Source of the DNA: Candidatus Omnitrophota bacterium
GTDB lineage: Bacteria > Omnitrophota > Gorgyraeia > Tantalellales > Tantalellaceae
DNA: 58,420 nucleotides
Reading direction: 5' to 3'
Assembly (NCBI GenBank): GCA_043813915.1
Contig: JBDRKO010000024.1
Location: 1-58,420 of the forward strand
The position numbers and the translations under genes were made by a program. A model generated the notes under the pieces. It ran no database searches. It saw nothing but the letters and a program-made list of their open reading frames with translations, and had not been told where the DNA came from. This document shows, in pieces, positions 15,684 through 25,082 of the stretch (position 1 is the first letter of the stretch; each line of letters starts with the position of its first letter).

Positions 15684-15769
15684 AAAAATATATTCTGGGG
15701 ACATTCTTCGGCCAGGGCTTATACCCCCACGGGAAGAGTGTCCTCAGAACTTCCACCCTCAACTTTCAG
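15684..15769. repeat. Copy A of an ~85-nt element with conserved ends and a variable centre
   Basis: AAAAATATATTCTGGGGACAT...GTGTCCTCAGAACTTCCACCCTCAACTTT. Compare 29908-29990. The inner GGACAT/GTGTCC segments can pair. Confidence 0.8.
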
Positions 15770-15784
15770 ACTGCTTCTTTCCAT

Positions 15785-15855
15785 CACACATCACACATAA
15801 AACATTACACGACATTCCGCGTCTTTTTTCTGGTAACTGGTAACCGGTAACTTTG
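15785..15855. repeat. Word arrays (CACATCA CACATAA AACATTA CACGACA; TTCTGGT AACTGGT AACCGGT AACTTTG)
   Basis: CACATAAAACATTACACG recurs at 26291-26309. The CTGGTAA words are the complement of the TAACCAG family. Confidence 0.8.
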
Positions 15856-15947
15856 CTCAACAGACCTTCAAACTATTAATCGCATAGTGCCGGCCGCAGG
15901 CTCTTTGCCCTATGCGCTTTGCGTATCTTTAATGACTTCTTATTGCC

Positions 15948-17201
15948 TTATATAACGGTACCTGAAGGGATGACGGACTTTTTACCTATGATGACTATTC
16001 CGTCCCTTATGTAGTAATTGGGCCCGTCATGGTCGGTAAGTCCGTCTTTATTGATGATCTTCACATTATTCCCGATCCTGGCGTCTTTGTCTATTATAGC
16101 TTTCCTGATAATACAATTCTTTCCTATCCCCAGGGGGGGAATATTGTCCGCCGCGTTCTTCTCCATCTCATCAACGGTCTCGTAATAATCACATCCCATA
16201 GCTACCGTATCTTCTATGACCGAATCTTTATCCACCCTGAAACGGAGACCTATTATGGAATGTTTTATGGTCGCCGAGAGCACTATCGCCCCTTCGGCCA
16301 CTATACTGTTCTGGATATGACTGTCCTCGAATTTAGCCGGCGGAAGATAACGGGTCCTTGTGAATATCTGCCATTTTTCCTCGAACATATCGAGGGGAGG
16401 CATAGGGTCCGTGAGAGAAAGGTTCTCCTCATAAAAATTCTTTATCGTCCCTATGTCCCGCCAATAGCCGCTGAAAACATGAGCGTAAGCGTCCCTTTCG
16501 TGTATCACGTCGGGAATGATCTCTCTTCCAAAATCCGCCCTGTTATCCTTGGATAAGATATCCATCAGCGCGGACTTATTGAACAGATAGATTCCCATCG
16601 AACCCAGATATTTTTCTTTTCCGCCTACCTTGACCGATAAACCCTTTATCTCGGAAATATCTTTAGGTTTTTCAACGAATTTATTTATCCTAAGGTCCCC
16701 ATCTACCCCTAAAATGCCTAATTCTTTGACTTTATCCGACGGCACCTCATTGCAGGCCAATGTTATCTCGGCTTTTCTTTCCAAATGCCGGAGATATATC
16801 TCACCCAGATCCATTTTGTACAGCTGGTCTCCCGAAAGAACAAAAATATATTTTATCGCCGGATTCCCGAAATGTTTCAGGCATCTCCTAACGGCGTCGG
16901 CCGTGCCTTGGAACCAATCCGTATCGTCCATGGACTGTTCCGCCGCCATGATCTCTATGAAACCCTTTGTCATAGGCTCCATCTTATAAGTGCGGTTTAT
17001 ATGTTTATTGAGCGATTCTGACAGGAACTGGGTGAGGATATATATGCGGTTAAACCCCGAATTAAGGCAGTTACTCACCGGGATGTCTATAAGCCTGTAT
17101 TTCCCAAAAAGGGGCACAGCCGGTTTGCATCGTTCTTTAGTAAGGGGGAATAAACGCGTTCCTCTGCCCCCCCCTAATATGACGCACAATACTTCTTTCA
17201 T
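15948..17201 (-). CDS. glgC: glucose-1-phosphate adenylyltransferase
   Basis: N-terminal ILGGGRGTRLFPLTKERCKPAVP, FQGTADAV, and a C-terminal left-handed beta-helix region. Sits in the glycogen gene cluster. Confidence 0.9.
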   Translation of the reverse strand: MKEVLCVILGGGRGTRLFPLTKERCKPAVPLFGKYRLIDIPVSNCLNSGFNRIYILTQFLSESLNKHINRTYKMEPMTKGFIEIMAAEQSMDDTDWFQGTADAVRRCLKHFGNPAIKYIFVLSGDQLYKMDLGEIYLRHLERKAEITLACNEVPSDKVKELGILGVDGDLRINKFVEKPKDISEIKGLSVKVGGKEKYLGSMGIYLFNKSALMDILSKDNRADFGREIIPDVIHERDAYAHVFSGYWRDIGTIKNFYEENLSLTDPMPPLDMFEEKWQIFTRTRYLPPAKFEDSHIQNSIVAEGAIVLSATIKHSIIGLRFRVDKDSVIEDTVAMGCDYYETVDEMEKNAADNIPPLGIGKNCIIRKAIIDKDARIGNNVKIINKDGLTDHDGPNYYIRDGIVIIGKKSVIPSGTVI

Positions 17202-17223
17202 TAACTATGACCCTTTTTTTCGG

Positions 17224-17481
17224 CTATGTTCTCTTTCCTTTTATCATAGACATGACTTTTCTTTCAGCGGTATACCAATCGCTTTGATCGTCGCCGTGTC
17301 CTCCGCCTCTCTGCAGATAAAGGTTATATGCCTCTTTTGCCGTAAGCGTGAACAAGTCCCCCGTTATGTTTTTTTTACCCTTACTTGCCTGCGCCCAGAT
17401 CGAGGTTCCCTTTTTTGCCGTTGCGGCCGTTTTTTTCTTAACCGCATTATCTTTGATGCTCTTTATCATTTTCTTGACCAT
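17224..17481 (-). CDS. DUF2934-like small basic protein
   Basis: The C-terminal half, AKEAYNLYLQRGGGHGDDQSDWYTAERKV, fits the DUF2934 pattern (A..AY..W...G.p.G.d..DW..AE). The N-terminal half is lysine-rich. Confidence 0.55.
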   Translation of the reverse strand: MVKKMIKSIKDNAVKKKTAATAKKGTSIWAQASKGKKNITGDLFTLTAKEAYNLYLQRGGGHGDDQSDWYTAERKVMSMIKGKRT

Positions 17482-17562
17482 GGCTCTCCCTTCCTTTTTT
17501 TTTAATGTTTCCTGAACATATATCCTTCCCGGATCGATCCTCGGCCCGGGAATAACTTGCGT

Positions 17563-19146
17563 TTATCCTTCGTACATACTGTAATTGATATTACCGAAGA
17601 CGTTATACTTGCTCTCGGCGTCGCTCAGAAGTTTTTCGTCTATACTGCCGTTCCTGAGCTGCGCGTGCAGAGTAAGGAATCTGGCGATGTGGTCTTTCGT
17701 TCTTTCAACGGCATATTCTGAAAAGGTTCCCGTTCTCATAATGAACGCCCAGTCGCTGGACTGTGCCAGAAGCAGTTCCCGCGCCATTTGGTTCAGGGTC
17801 CGGGCGGCTATACCTTCCGCGTTCTTGTGATCATTGGCCGCCTTTATCATAAGCTCCGCCATTTTATGAAGATGTCTGTATATCCAGTCATTCGACCCAT
17901 CCAGCCACATCTCGCTGTAACCCTTATATCCCCAGCTTGAGGAAGAAGGCTCTATGACCGGGTAATCGTCGTACATATCCATATACTCGGAGGGCGTTAT
18001 CGGTTTTATATCATCCTGATCATGACACATCTTTTTGAACAAAAAAGACAGCCATTCAGGGCCTTCAAACCACCAGTGACCGAAAAGCTCGGCGTCATAG
18101 GGCGATGTTATAACGGGTTTACGGTCCATCACGCCCGACAGATGTTCGACCTGTTTTTGCCGGTTGAACATAAAATTTCCCGCGTGATCTGACGCCGTAT
18201 TCATGGCCCTTTCACGATGATATAGCTCTTTATTGTCACCCTTTCCCGTTATTCTATGATACTTTATTCCGGTATTGACACGGGTCCCGCATCCGTTGAT
18301 AAAAGGCTTCACATAATCGTAATCCAGGTCGAACCCTATGTCGCGGTAATACTCCCGATAATTATAATCCCCCGGATACCCTTCTTTCGAACTCCATACG
18401 GCCTTAGAGCTTTCTATATCTCTGCCGAAGACGGCCGTCCCTGACTTTGTAAGATACGGACTGTACACCCCGTATTTCGGTCGCGGGCTGCCGAACAATA
18501 CGCCATGCGCTTCCACAAAGAAATAACGTATACCGTACTCCGCTAAAATTTTATCATGTTCGGGATAGTATCCGCATTCCGGAAGCCATACCCCTTTGGG
18601 ACCTTTTCCGAAAACTTCTTTGTAGGTATCAACGGCCACCTTTACCTGAGCCCTTATAGCCGGCTTATACATGTCCATAAGGGGCAGATAGCCGTGCGTA
18701 GCGCAGCATGTGATGACCTCGACTTTTCCCAGGTCCTGGAATTTTTTAAAAGCGGAGGTAAGATCGTTGCCGTATTTTTCGGAAAAAACGCGTTTCGCAT
18801 TAGTGTACCTGTCCAGATACATGTTCGCGAGCCGGTTAAGGTCCGCGTCCGAAGCCGTTCTTTCGGTCTCAAGCGAAGCCAGTTTGATAAGCTTATCCAG
18901 ATGACTCAGGTATCTGGATACGAGGAGGTCGTCCCTCAGCATGGTTATAAGCGTCGGGCTCAAGGAGACCGTTATACGGAAATCCGTTCCTTCCGATAAA
19001 AGGGAGTCGAAGACATTAACGAGAGGGACATAAGTATCGGTTATCGCTTCGAAGAACCAGGTCTCCTCCAGAAAACTCTCATGTTCGGGATGGCGGATGA
19101 ACGGCAAGTGCGCGTGCAGAACTAAAGCTAGATAACCTTTTGCCAT
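17563..19146 (-). CDS. GH57-family 1,4-alpha-glucan branching enzyme
   Basis: YLALVLHAHLPFIRHPE..EETWFFEAITDTYVPL resembles Thermus/Thermococcus-type GH57 branching enzymes. A helical C-terminal domain is present. I place the start at ATG 19146 (MAKGYLAL), 1 nt after the upstream stop. Confidence 0.85.
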   Translation of the reverse strand: MAKGYLALVLHAHLPFIRHPEHESFLEETWFFEAITDTYVPLVNVFDSLLSEGTDFRITVSLSPTLITMLRDDLLVSRYLSHLDKLIKLASLETERTASDADLNRLANMYLDRYTNAKRVFSEKYGNDLTSAFKKFQDLGKVEVITCCATHGYLPLMDMYKPAIRAQVKVAVDTYKEVFGKGPKGVWLPECGYYPEHDKILAEYGIRYFFVEAHGVLFGSPRPKYGVYSPYLTKSGTAVFGRDIESSKAVWSSKEGYPGDYNYREYYRDIGFDLDYDYVKPFINGCGTRVNTGIKYHRITGKGDNKELYHRERAMNTASDHAGNFMFNRQKQVEHLSGVMDRKPVITSPYDAELFGHWWFEGPEWLSFLFKKMCHDQDDIKPITPSEYMDMYDDYPVIEPSSSSWGYKGYSEMWLDGSNDWIYRHLHKMAELMIKAANDHKNAEGIAARTLNQMARELLLAQSSDWAFIMRTGTFSEYAVERTKDHIARFLTLHAQLRNGSIDEKLLSDAESKYNVFGNINYSMYEG

Positions 19147-19147
19147 T

Positions 19148-19696
19148 TTATTCTCCAAAAACAAAGGATCCGGAAGAACCGGACATGCGTGATGAAATAC
19201 TGTCGCTGGAAGGAAAATCGATAGAACTTTGTCCTATACCTTCCCCATCGGACCCGCACGATAAGCCGCCGTATAGACCCTTAGGGCTCATCCATTCGGC
19301 ATCGGAAACTTCCGCCATACGGTTGGAAGGAGTTATCGTGACATTCGAACGGGCCAGCGTAAAAAATTCACCCGATCCGTATAGGAGCCCTATATCTATG
19401 ATCCATTTTCTTCCGGGATCTACTCCGTTTATATACCAGCTGTTCGCGTAATCGTTTATCTCAAGATCCATCACCGGGGTAGGGGCGGTCATATCGCCGT
19501 CTGTCTGGTATACCCTCAATATCCTTCTGTAATGTGTCTGTCCCTTCTTTCTTATGTCCTCTTCCGCCGCGTGCAGAACGCCCGGCTGGACTTCCCAATA
19601 CGAAAAAAGAGTGTGCGGATCTCTAGCCATGAGGATTATTTTATTGTCCCCATAACCGCCCGGTATCTCTCTCTTCATTTTGTGAATGTAATGCAT
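19148..19696 (-). CDS. DUF4912 domain protein
   Basis: IPGGYGDNKIILMARDPHTLFSYWEV matches the DUF4912 N-terminal signature. Located between two GH57 genes. Confidence 0.6.
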   Translation of the reverse strand: MHYIHKMKREIPGGYGDNKIILMARDPHTLFSYWEVQPGVLHAAEEDIRKKGQTHYRRILRVYQTDGDMTAPTPVMDLEINDYANSWYINGVDPGRKWIIDIGLLYGSGEFFTLARSNVTITPSNRMAEVSDAEWMSPKGLYGGLSCGSDGEGIGQSSIDFPSSDSISSRMSGSSGSFVFGE

Positions 19697-19794
19697 CTAT
19701 CCCCTCTGCTAAAATGTTCTTGAACACATTTACAAAGTACATCGCCGCGGGAAACTATCTATTTGTAAATTCTAACTCTTCTATCTAGCTATTG

Positions 19795-21930
19795 TCAAGC
19801 AGATATTATTTCTATATCTAAACAAAAACTAAATATCTTCCCGGGCGCCAGGTCCAGATGGACTCTCGGGATCACCGCTGTGCTCTGGTAATTAAGCTCA
19901 TATGCTTTCTCTGACTGTGAGACCGTTCTCACCGGAAAGGCCCATAATCCACATGTCCTGTTCGCCTCTATTTTTAAGGATACCTCTTTCTTATGGTCCA
20001 TAATGAGAAAACTATCCATTTCGGAAGCGGTCATATCGTCTTTTAGACCTGCGCCGCTGCTTTTGCCGTTTATCGTTATCTCGTATCTTTCGCTGTCCGC
20101 GTCCGGCATAGTAATATTTATCTCCGGGGCGAACACGGCTCGAATATGGTCCTCTCCGTTATTCTTAACATTGTAGGCCGCTTTGAACCCTTCGCCTTTT
20201 TTCGTCAAAGTAACGGTCTTCTCGACTCTCGCGCTTATGCCGTTTATGTTCCCGTCCCGGATCATCTTGACCAAGATATCATCTTCTTTCTTCTCTACCG
20301 CGGAAACATATTCACCCAGAACAAAATCCCCGAGCTCTTTATGCTCGCATTTTTTGAACGTTTCTTTTTCGGTGCGTTCTTCCATAAAATGGTCGACCAG
20401 GCTTACCCTGTCATAGTTGTCATAACTAAGATGGCTTTCTATCCCTGCCTCGGCTTGCTGTATCCCGTCGTGTATCGTCCTGGCTTTGGCCCCGTTATCG
20501 TTAGCCGAGCGGCCCGCGTTCTCCTTGATCTTTTTATGGTATACCTCTTTCCTCCTGGATAGAGAATTTATCAAATTACACGGGACAGTTTTAAGGTCTA
20601 ACTCTTTCAGGCTTCCGCCTCTGTCAGGGTCTAAGTATAATGATATTTTCCTGTTTTCCAAGACTATCTCATCATGACCGTCGGAATCCACGTCACGGAC
20701 ATCACATGTCAGCATATCACCTTTACCATACACTATACTGTCCATAATGGCTTCACTTCGCACCAGATGCTCGTATATGGCCCTTCTGAGATGGAACAGA
20801 TAAAGCCCTCCGAACACCCCGTGCCAATAGGCGCAGTTACACTGCCCGCGGAAAAGTTCTTTTTCGGCCTCACCGAAAGCGGCGGTCTTCCCGTGCTTAG
20901 AACCTCTCATTTCTTCCAGTTTATTGCTCACATATATCATTTTTTTGTTCATATTATTGGATTCGGGATATTTTGTGAAAAAATTCCTCCAAAACCCGCC
21001 TCTTATGAACGGCTTATACCATTCTTCTTTCCCCGAGTTCCTTATATCATTCATTACTCCTTCGAATCTCTCTCCGATCTCAGCCGGAAGCGCCCATTCC
21101 AGCATTTCTTCGTAAGATACCGTAGGTATGTAAATGCGCCCCCCGGGTTTTCTTTTCTCATAGCATTCCGAAAGGGTTACGGTATCAAGCCAATCGGAAT
21201 TTTTTTTCAGTTCGCTGAAAAACTTTTCCAACCATTTCTCCTCGTATACCCACTTATGCGTTCCCGGCCATTCTCCGAATTTTTCCCCGTCATCACCGTA
21301 AACGAACAAAGGATCATGCACCCTGGACCTTATATCCCTCATATAATCCATGCATTCACGGGGCATTTTATAGGGGATATGATATCTCAATGTTTTGTCG
21401 GACGGAAAGACCGCTACTGTATTGGAACAATCTTCGGTAATATAGTGGCAATAAGTATCCTCTTTTTTTAGTCCCGCGTATAAGAAATGTGTGTCATCCA
21501 GTACGGTATATTTGATACCGGCCTTACTGAGCACCGACGGCAGCGCGGGTTCCCATACCCTCTCCGCCACCCAAGCCCCCTTGGGCTGTGATAAAAATAC
21601 TTTCTTTATATAATCGTTAAGCATCCTTATCTGGCCAAGACGGTCCCTCTCGGGGATAGACGGCAGAATGGGTTCATAGAACCCTCCGCTTATCATCTCC
21701 ACCTGACCTCGGGCCGTCAGACCTTTCACTATATCTATTATTTCAGGACGGTTCTTCTCTGCCCATTCCAGAAGACAACCTGTAAAATGGAACGTCATTT
21801 TTATCCCGGGGTAACGTGTTAATGTGTTCAAGAAAGGGATATAACACATGTCACTGGCCCGTCCGATAACATCGTCAAAATTACCGACCGGCTGATGAAA
21901 ATGGATGACCATCGCGAAATCTGTTTTCAT
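19795..21930 (-). CDS. GH57-family alpha-amylase / 4-alpha-glucanotransferase with C-terminal beta-sandwich domains
   Basis: FAMVIHFHQPVGNFDDV..YIPFL is like the Thermococcus 4-alpha-glucanotransferase N-terminus. 711 aa with a long C-terminal extension. Confidence 0.8.
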   Translation of the reverse strand: MKTDFAMVIHFHQPVGNFDDVIGRASDMCYIPFLNTLTRYPGIKMTFHFTGCLLEWAEKNRPEIIDIVKGLTARGQVEMISGGFYEPILPSIPERDRLGQIRMLNDYIKKVFLSQPKGAWVAERVWEPALPSVLSKAGIKYTVLDDTHFLYAGLKKEDTYCHYITEDCSNTVAVFPSDKTLRYHIPYKMPRECMDYMRDIRSRVHDPLFVYGDDGEKFGEWPGTHKWVYEEKWLEKFFSELKKNSDWLDTVTLSECYEKRKPGGRIYIPTVSYEEMLEWALPAEIGERFEGVMNDIRNSGKEEWYKPFIRGGFWRNFFTKYPESNNMNKKMIYVSNKLEEMRGSKHGKTAAFGEAEKELFRGQCNCAYWHGVFGGLYLFHLRRAIYEHLVRSEAIMDSIVYGKGDMLTCDVRDVDSDGHDEIVLENRKISLYLDPDRGGSLKELDLKTVPCNLINSLSRRKEVYHKKIKENAGRSANDNGAKARTIHDGIQQAEAGIESHLSYDNYDRVSLVDHFMEERTEKETFKKCEHKELGDFVLGEYVSAVEKKEDDILVKMIRDGNINGISARVEKTVTLTKKGEGFKAAYNVKNNGEDHIRAVFAPEINITMPDADSERYEITINGKSSGAGLKDDMTASEMDSFLIMDHKKEVSLKIEANRTCGLWAFPVRTVSQSEKAYELNYQSTAVIPRVHLDLAPGKIFSFCLDIEIISA

Positions 21931-21931
21931 C

Positions 21932-24900
21932 TTATCTTTCCCTTCCTATCATGTCCCTATATAACTGCATGTATTTTTCGGCGGAGACAGTCCATGAAAA
22001 GTCATATCCCATGGCTCTCTTCATGAGCTTGGTCCATTCTTCTTTATCCCGGTAAACTCTTAAGGCCCGTTCGACCGCACTATAAAGAGACCGTTTGTCG
22101 GCTGAAGCGAACTTGAACCCGTTGCTTTCTTTTCCGGACTCATCAAAATCCACTATAGCGTCATCCAAACCTCCCGTTGCTCTGACTATGGGTATAGTGC
22201 CGTATTTCAGGCTGTACATCTGGTTCAATCCGCACGGCTCATACCTGGACGGCATAACGAACATGTCGCATCCGGCTTCGATCTTATGGGCCAGTTCATC
22301 ATTGAAATCGTTGCACACATATATTTTCCCGGGATATCTCGCCGCAAGTTCCGAGAACATTCTGTTATACCCCTCATTTCCTTTACCCAAGATCACAAGT
22401 CCCGCTCCCCTTTCCGTGAGGCTTCCGGCTATCTCCGCCAGAAGATCCATTCCTTTTTGGTCCGCAAGTCTCGTCACGGCGCCTATTAGCGGAGCTTCCT
22501 CCGGGATATCAAGCCCCGTATGCTCGATAAGGTCTTTCTTGCATATCATTTTGTTCTTAAGGTTTTCGGCATCATAGTTCTTTTTTATATTCTTGTCGCT
22601 TTTGGGGTTCCATACGGAATAATCCGCCCCGTTAGGTATCCCATACAGAAAATCTTTTCTTTTACGTACAAGTCCGTCAAGTCCCGCTCCGAATCCCGGC
22701 GTCATTATCTCTCTGGCGTAACGCCGGCTAACGGTACTGACCGCGTCCGAATACAATATCCCCGCTTTCATGAAATTTATACTACCGTAGAATTCCAGGT
22801 CATCCATATTGAAAAATCTCTCGGGAATGTTTATTCTGGACATTATCCCGCGCCCAAAAATACCCTGATACGCCATATTATGTACGGTGAACAACGTTCT
22901 GATACCGTTGAAATGTTTATCGCTGCTGAGCTCGAAACGCAGATAAAAGGGTATAAGCGCGGTCTGCCAATCGTTGCAATGTATGATATCCGGTTTCTGG
23001 TCCATTTCATTTACCACCGCCAGGACGGCTTTTGAGAAACACGCGAACCTCAGCCCGTTATCCGGATAATCCCCTTTTTCCGTCCCGTATAGACCGTCTC
23101 TGTCAAAAAAATGACGGTTATCTATAAAATAAGTGGTAACCCCTCCATGTCTCGCGGAATAAACATCGAATCCGTGTGTGCCGCCGAGAAAAGCGCTTTT
23201 CTTTACGCTTTTTTCCTTTATCAGCTCAAGATCTTTCATCTCCCGCACGCATTTATATAGCGGCATGATGACGCTTATATCCGCTCCTGCCGACAATAAT
23301 GCCTTGGGAAGGCTTCCTGATACATCTGCCAAGCCCCCGGTCTTAGCGAACGGGACGGATTCCGATGAAACGAACAATATTTTTTCCTGACGCGCCATTT
23401 CCCCTTTTGCCGGACCTTCGGGAAGACCTTGTATACCAAGAACAGGCGGTATAGGCTCGGCCAGGCCGTACGGCGCGGGACGTCCGATTATGTTATATAT
23501 ATTGAGCAGATGTTTCCGGAAAAGTTCATCAAAAATAAAATTAAGCTCCGTGCCGAAATCATCGTACCACCAGAACCAATCACTCCCTTCGGCGATATAA
23601 AGCTCTTCTAACGCTTCTTTTTTTTGTTCATCCAGACTGAAGAGTTCTCTGCGCGCTTTTCTCAGATACTCCCATGCCTTGTCTTTTTGAGGCGACCCTA
23701 TCCACTTCTTGAAGTTACGGTTTATCCACGATCCGCTGAACAATTTAGGGATGCTTTTTCTTTCCTTATTAACGGCACGGTATTCGCTGACCGTTACGGT
23801 GGCCAGTTGAGGATTTGAAGAAAGATCCTTATATACGGTCTTAAGGAACGCTTCTCCGCCGCAGGGATAATACGGCCAGGGATTTTCCCCGTCCAGTATT
23901 ATTGAAGCTAAATGCTCCCCCCCTTTTAACGCGCAGAAAGAAGCTATACCTTTAAGGTCCTTTATAAGGTCCGCGGCGGCTTTTTTCGACGGCATGTGCG
24001 AATATCTGAAACTTATCGCGTTGGATATGTTTATATCGCGGAAGATAAGATCTATCTCTCTACCGTCCTCTTTCGCGGTAAAGACCTTGTATATGAGTTC
24101 ATCCCGGGACCCGTCATACCCCTTAAAGGACTCCATAAGTATGCCTTCGTCGGTGGCTATCCACTCGATCCCCCGGTCCGCAAGGAACGGTATTATATTC
24201 TGGCTGACACTTCCTTCGGGCGGCCACATCCCTTTGGGAGAACGCCCGAAGACCTTTTTATAAAGATCTAGGGCCTTTTCTACCTGAACTTTCGCGTCTT
24301 GGGTAAAATCGAACCCCTCGTCATCCTTACCTCTGCATAATAACGGCAATATCGGGTGATAGAACGGTGATGTCGTTATCTCTATCCGTCCTTCGTCCTG
24401 CAGTTTTTTATACGCGGGCAGAACAAGCGCCACCGCCTCTTTCTGTCTTTTAAAAAGCGCAGTTTTATCTTCTTCAGTATAACCCGAACCTTTTTTTATA
24501 AGTTCTTTTATTACGGGATCTTTTTTCTTAAGCGTAAAGCCGCACCACGCTAGATTAAAGAGCACCTGGAGATCCCTGAACTCGGCAACGGTAAATTTCC
24601 GGCTTTTAATAAGCAGATCCTGCTCTTTAAGGCTTCCTTCCCTTTTAGAAAAAAGTTCAGCGTATTTTTTGAAGGAAGATATAGCGTTATTAGGATCACA
24701 GGAAAAAAAGTTCTTGAGCAGAAAACATTTATCATTATCCGTAAGTTCAGAGGCTTGTTTCGAAGAAAGCTCAAGATAGGTATCGTCTATAGTTCCTTCG
24801 GATGACACATCAAGAAGCTGCCATATGAGGGAGGGGGTAAGATTGAACGTGCATTTTATATCCGGGAAATCGTACAATATCGCCGCCATATCCATGTACG

Positions 24901-25012
24901 AATAGGTAGCGTGCAGCCTCACCCAGGGAAGAGCATATTTTCCCGTGACAAGGTCTTTATACATCGGTTGATGCATATGCCAAAAAAATGCTATGGGGAA
25001 TTTGTCTCTCAT
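21932..25012 (-). CDS. glgA: Fusion protein: N-terminal GH57 glycoside hydrolase domain plus C-terminal GT5 glycogen synthase
   Basis: Residues 1-~520 are GH57-like: FFWHMHQPMY..LPWVRLHA. From ~540 on the sequence is KILFVSSESVPFAKTGGLADVSGSLPKAL, HCNDWQTAL, ..PSRYEPCGLNQMY.., the GlgA hallmark motifs. Confidence 0.85.
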   Translation of the reverse strand: MRDKFPIAFFWHMHQPMYKDLVTGKYALPWVRLHATYSYMDMAAILYDFPDIKCTFNLTPSLIWQLLDVSSEGTIDDTYLELSSKQASELTDNDKCFLLKNFFSCDPNNAISSFKKYAELFSKREGSLKEQDLLIKSRKFTVAEFRDLQVLFNLAWCGFTLKKKDPVIKELIKKGSGYTEEDKTALFKRQKEAVALVLPAYKKLQDEGRIEITTSPFYHPILPLLCRGKDDEGFDFTQDAKVQVEKALDLYKKVFGRSPKGMWPPEGSVSQNIIPFLADRGIEWIATDEGILMESFKGYDGSRDELIYKVFTAKEDGREIDLIFRDINISNAISFRYSHMPSKKAAADLIKDLKGIASFCALKGGEHLASIILDGENPWPYYPCGGEAFLKTVYKDLSSNPQLATVTVSEYRAVNKERKSIPKLFSGSWINRNFKKWIGSPQKDKAWEYLRKARRELFSLDEQKKEALEELYIAEGSDWFWWYDDFGTELNFIFDELFRKHLLNIYNIIGRPAPYGLAEPIPPVLGIQGLPEGPAKGEMARQEKILFVSSESVPFAKTGGLADVSGSLPKALLSAGADISVIMPLYKCVREMKDLELIKEKSVKKSAFLGGTHGFDVYSARHGGVTTYFIDNRHFFDRDGLYGTEKGDYPDNGLRFACFSKAVLAVVNEMDQKPDIIHCNDWQTALIPFYLRFELSSDKHFNGIRTLFTVHNMAYQGIFGRGIMSRINIPERFFNMDDLEFYGSINFMKAGILYSDAVSTVSRRYAREIMTPGFGAGLDGLVRKRKDFLYGIPNGADYSVWNPKSDKNIKKNYDAENLKNKMICKKDLIEHTGLDIPEEAPLIGAVTRLADQKGMDLLAEIAGSLTERGAGLVILGKGNEGYNRMFSELAARYPGKIYVCNDFNDELAHKIEAGCDMFVMPSRYEPCGLNQMYSLKYGTIPIVRATGGLDDAIVDFDESGKESNGFKFASADKRSLYSAVERALRVYRDKEEWTKLMKRAMGYDFSWTVSAEKYMQLYRDMIGRER

Positions 25013-25082
25013 GACTTACACATGATACTTATATAGCGGATATATCGTCAAGCTAAATCGTACATTCAGTTGAACGGTTTAA

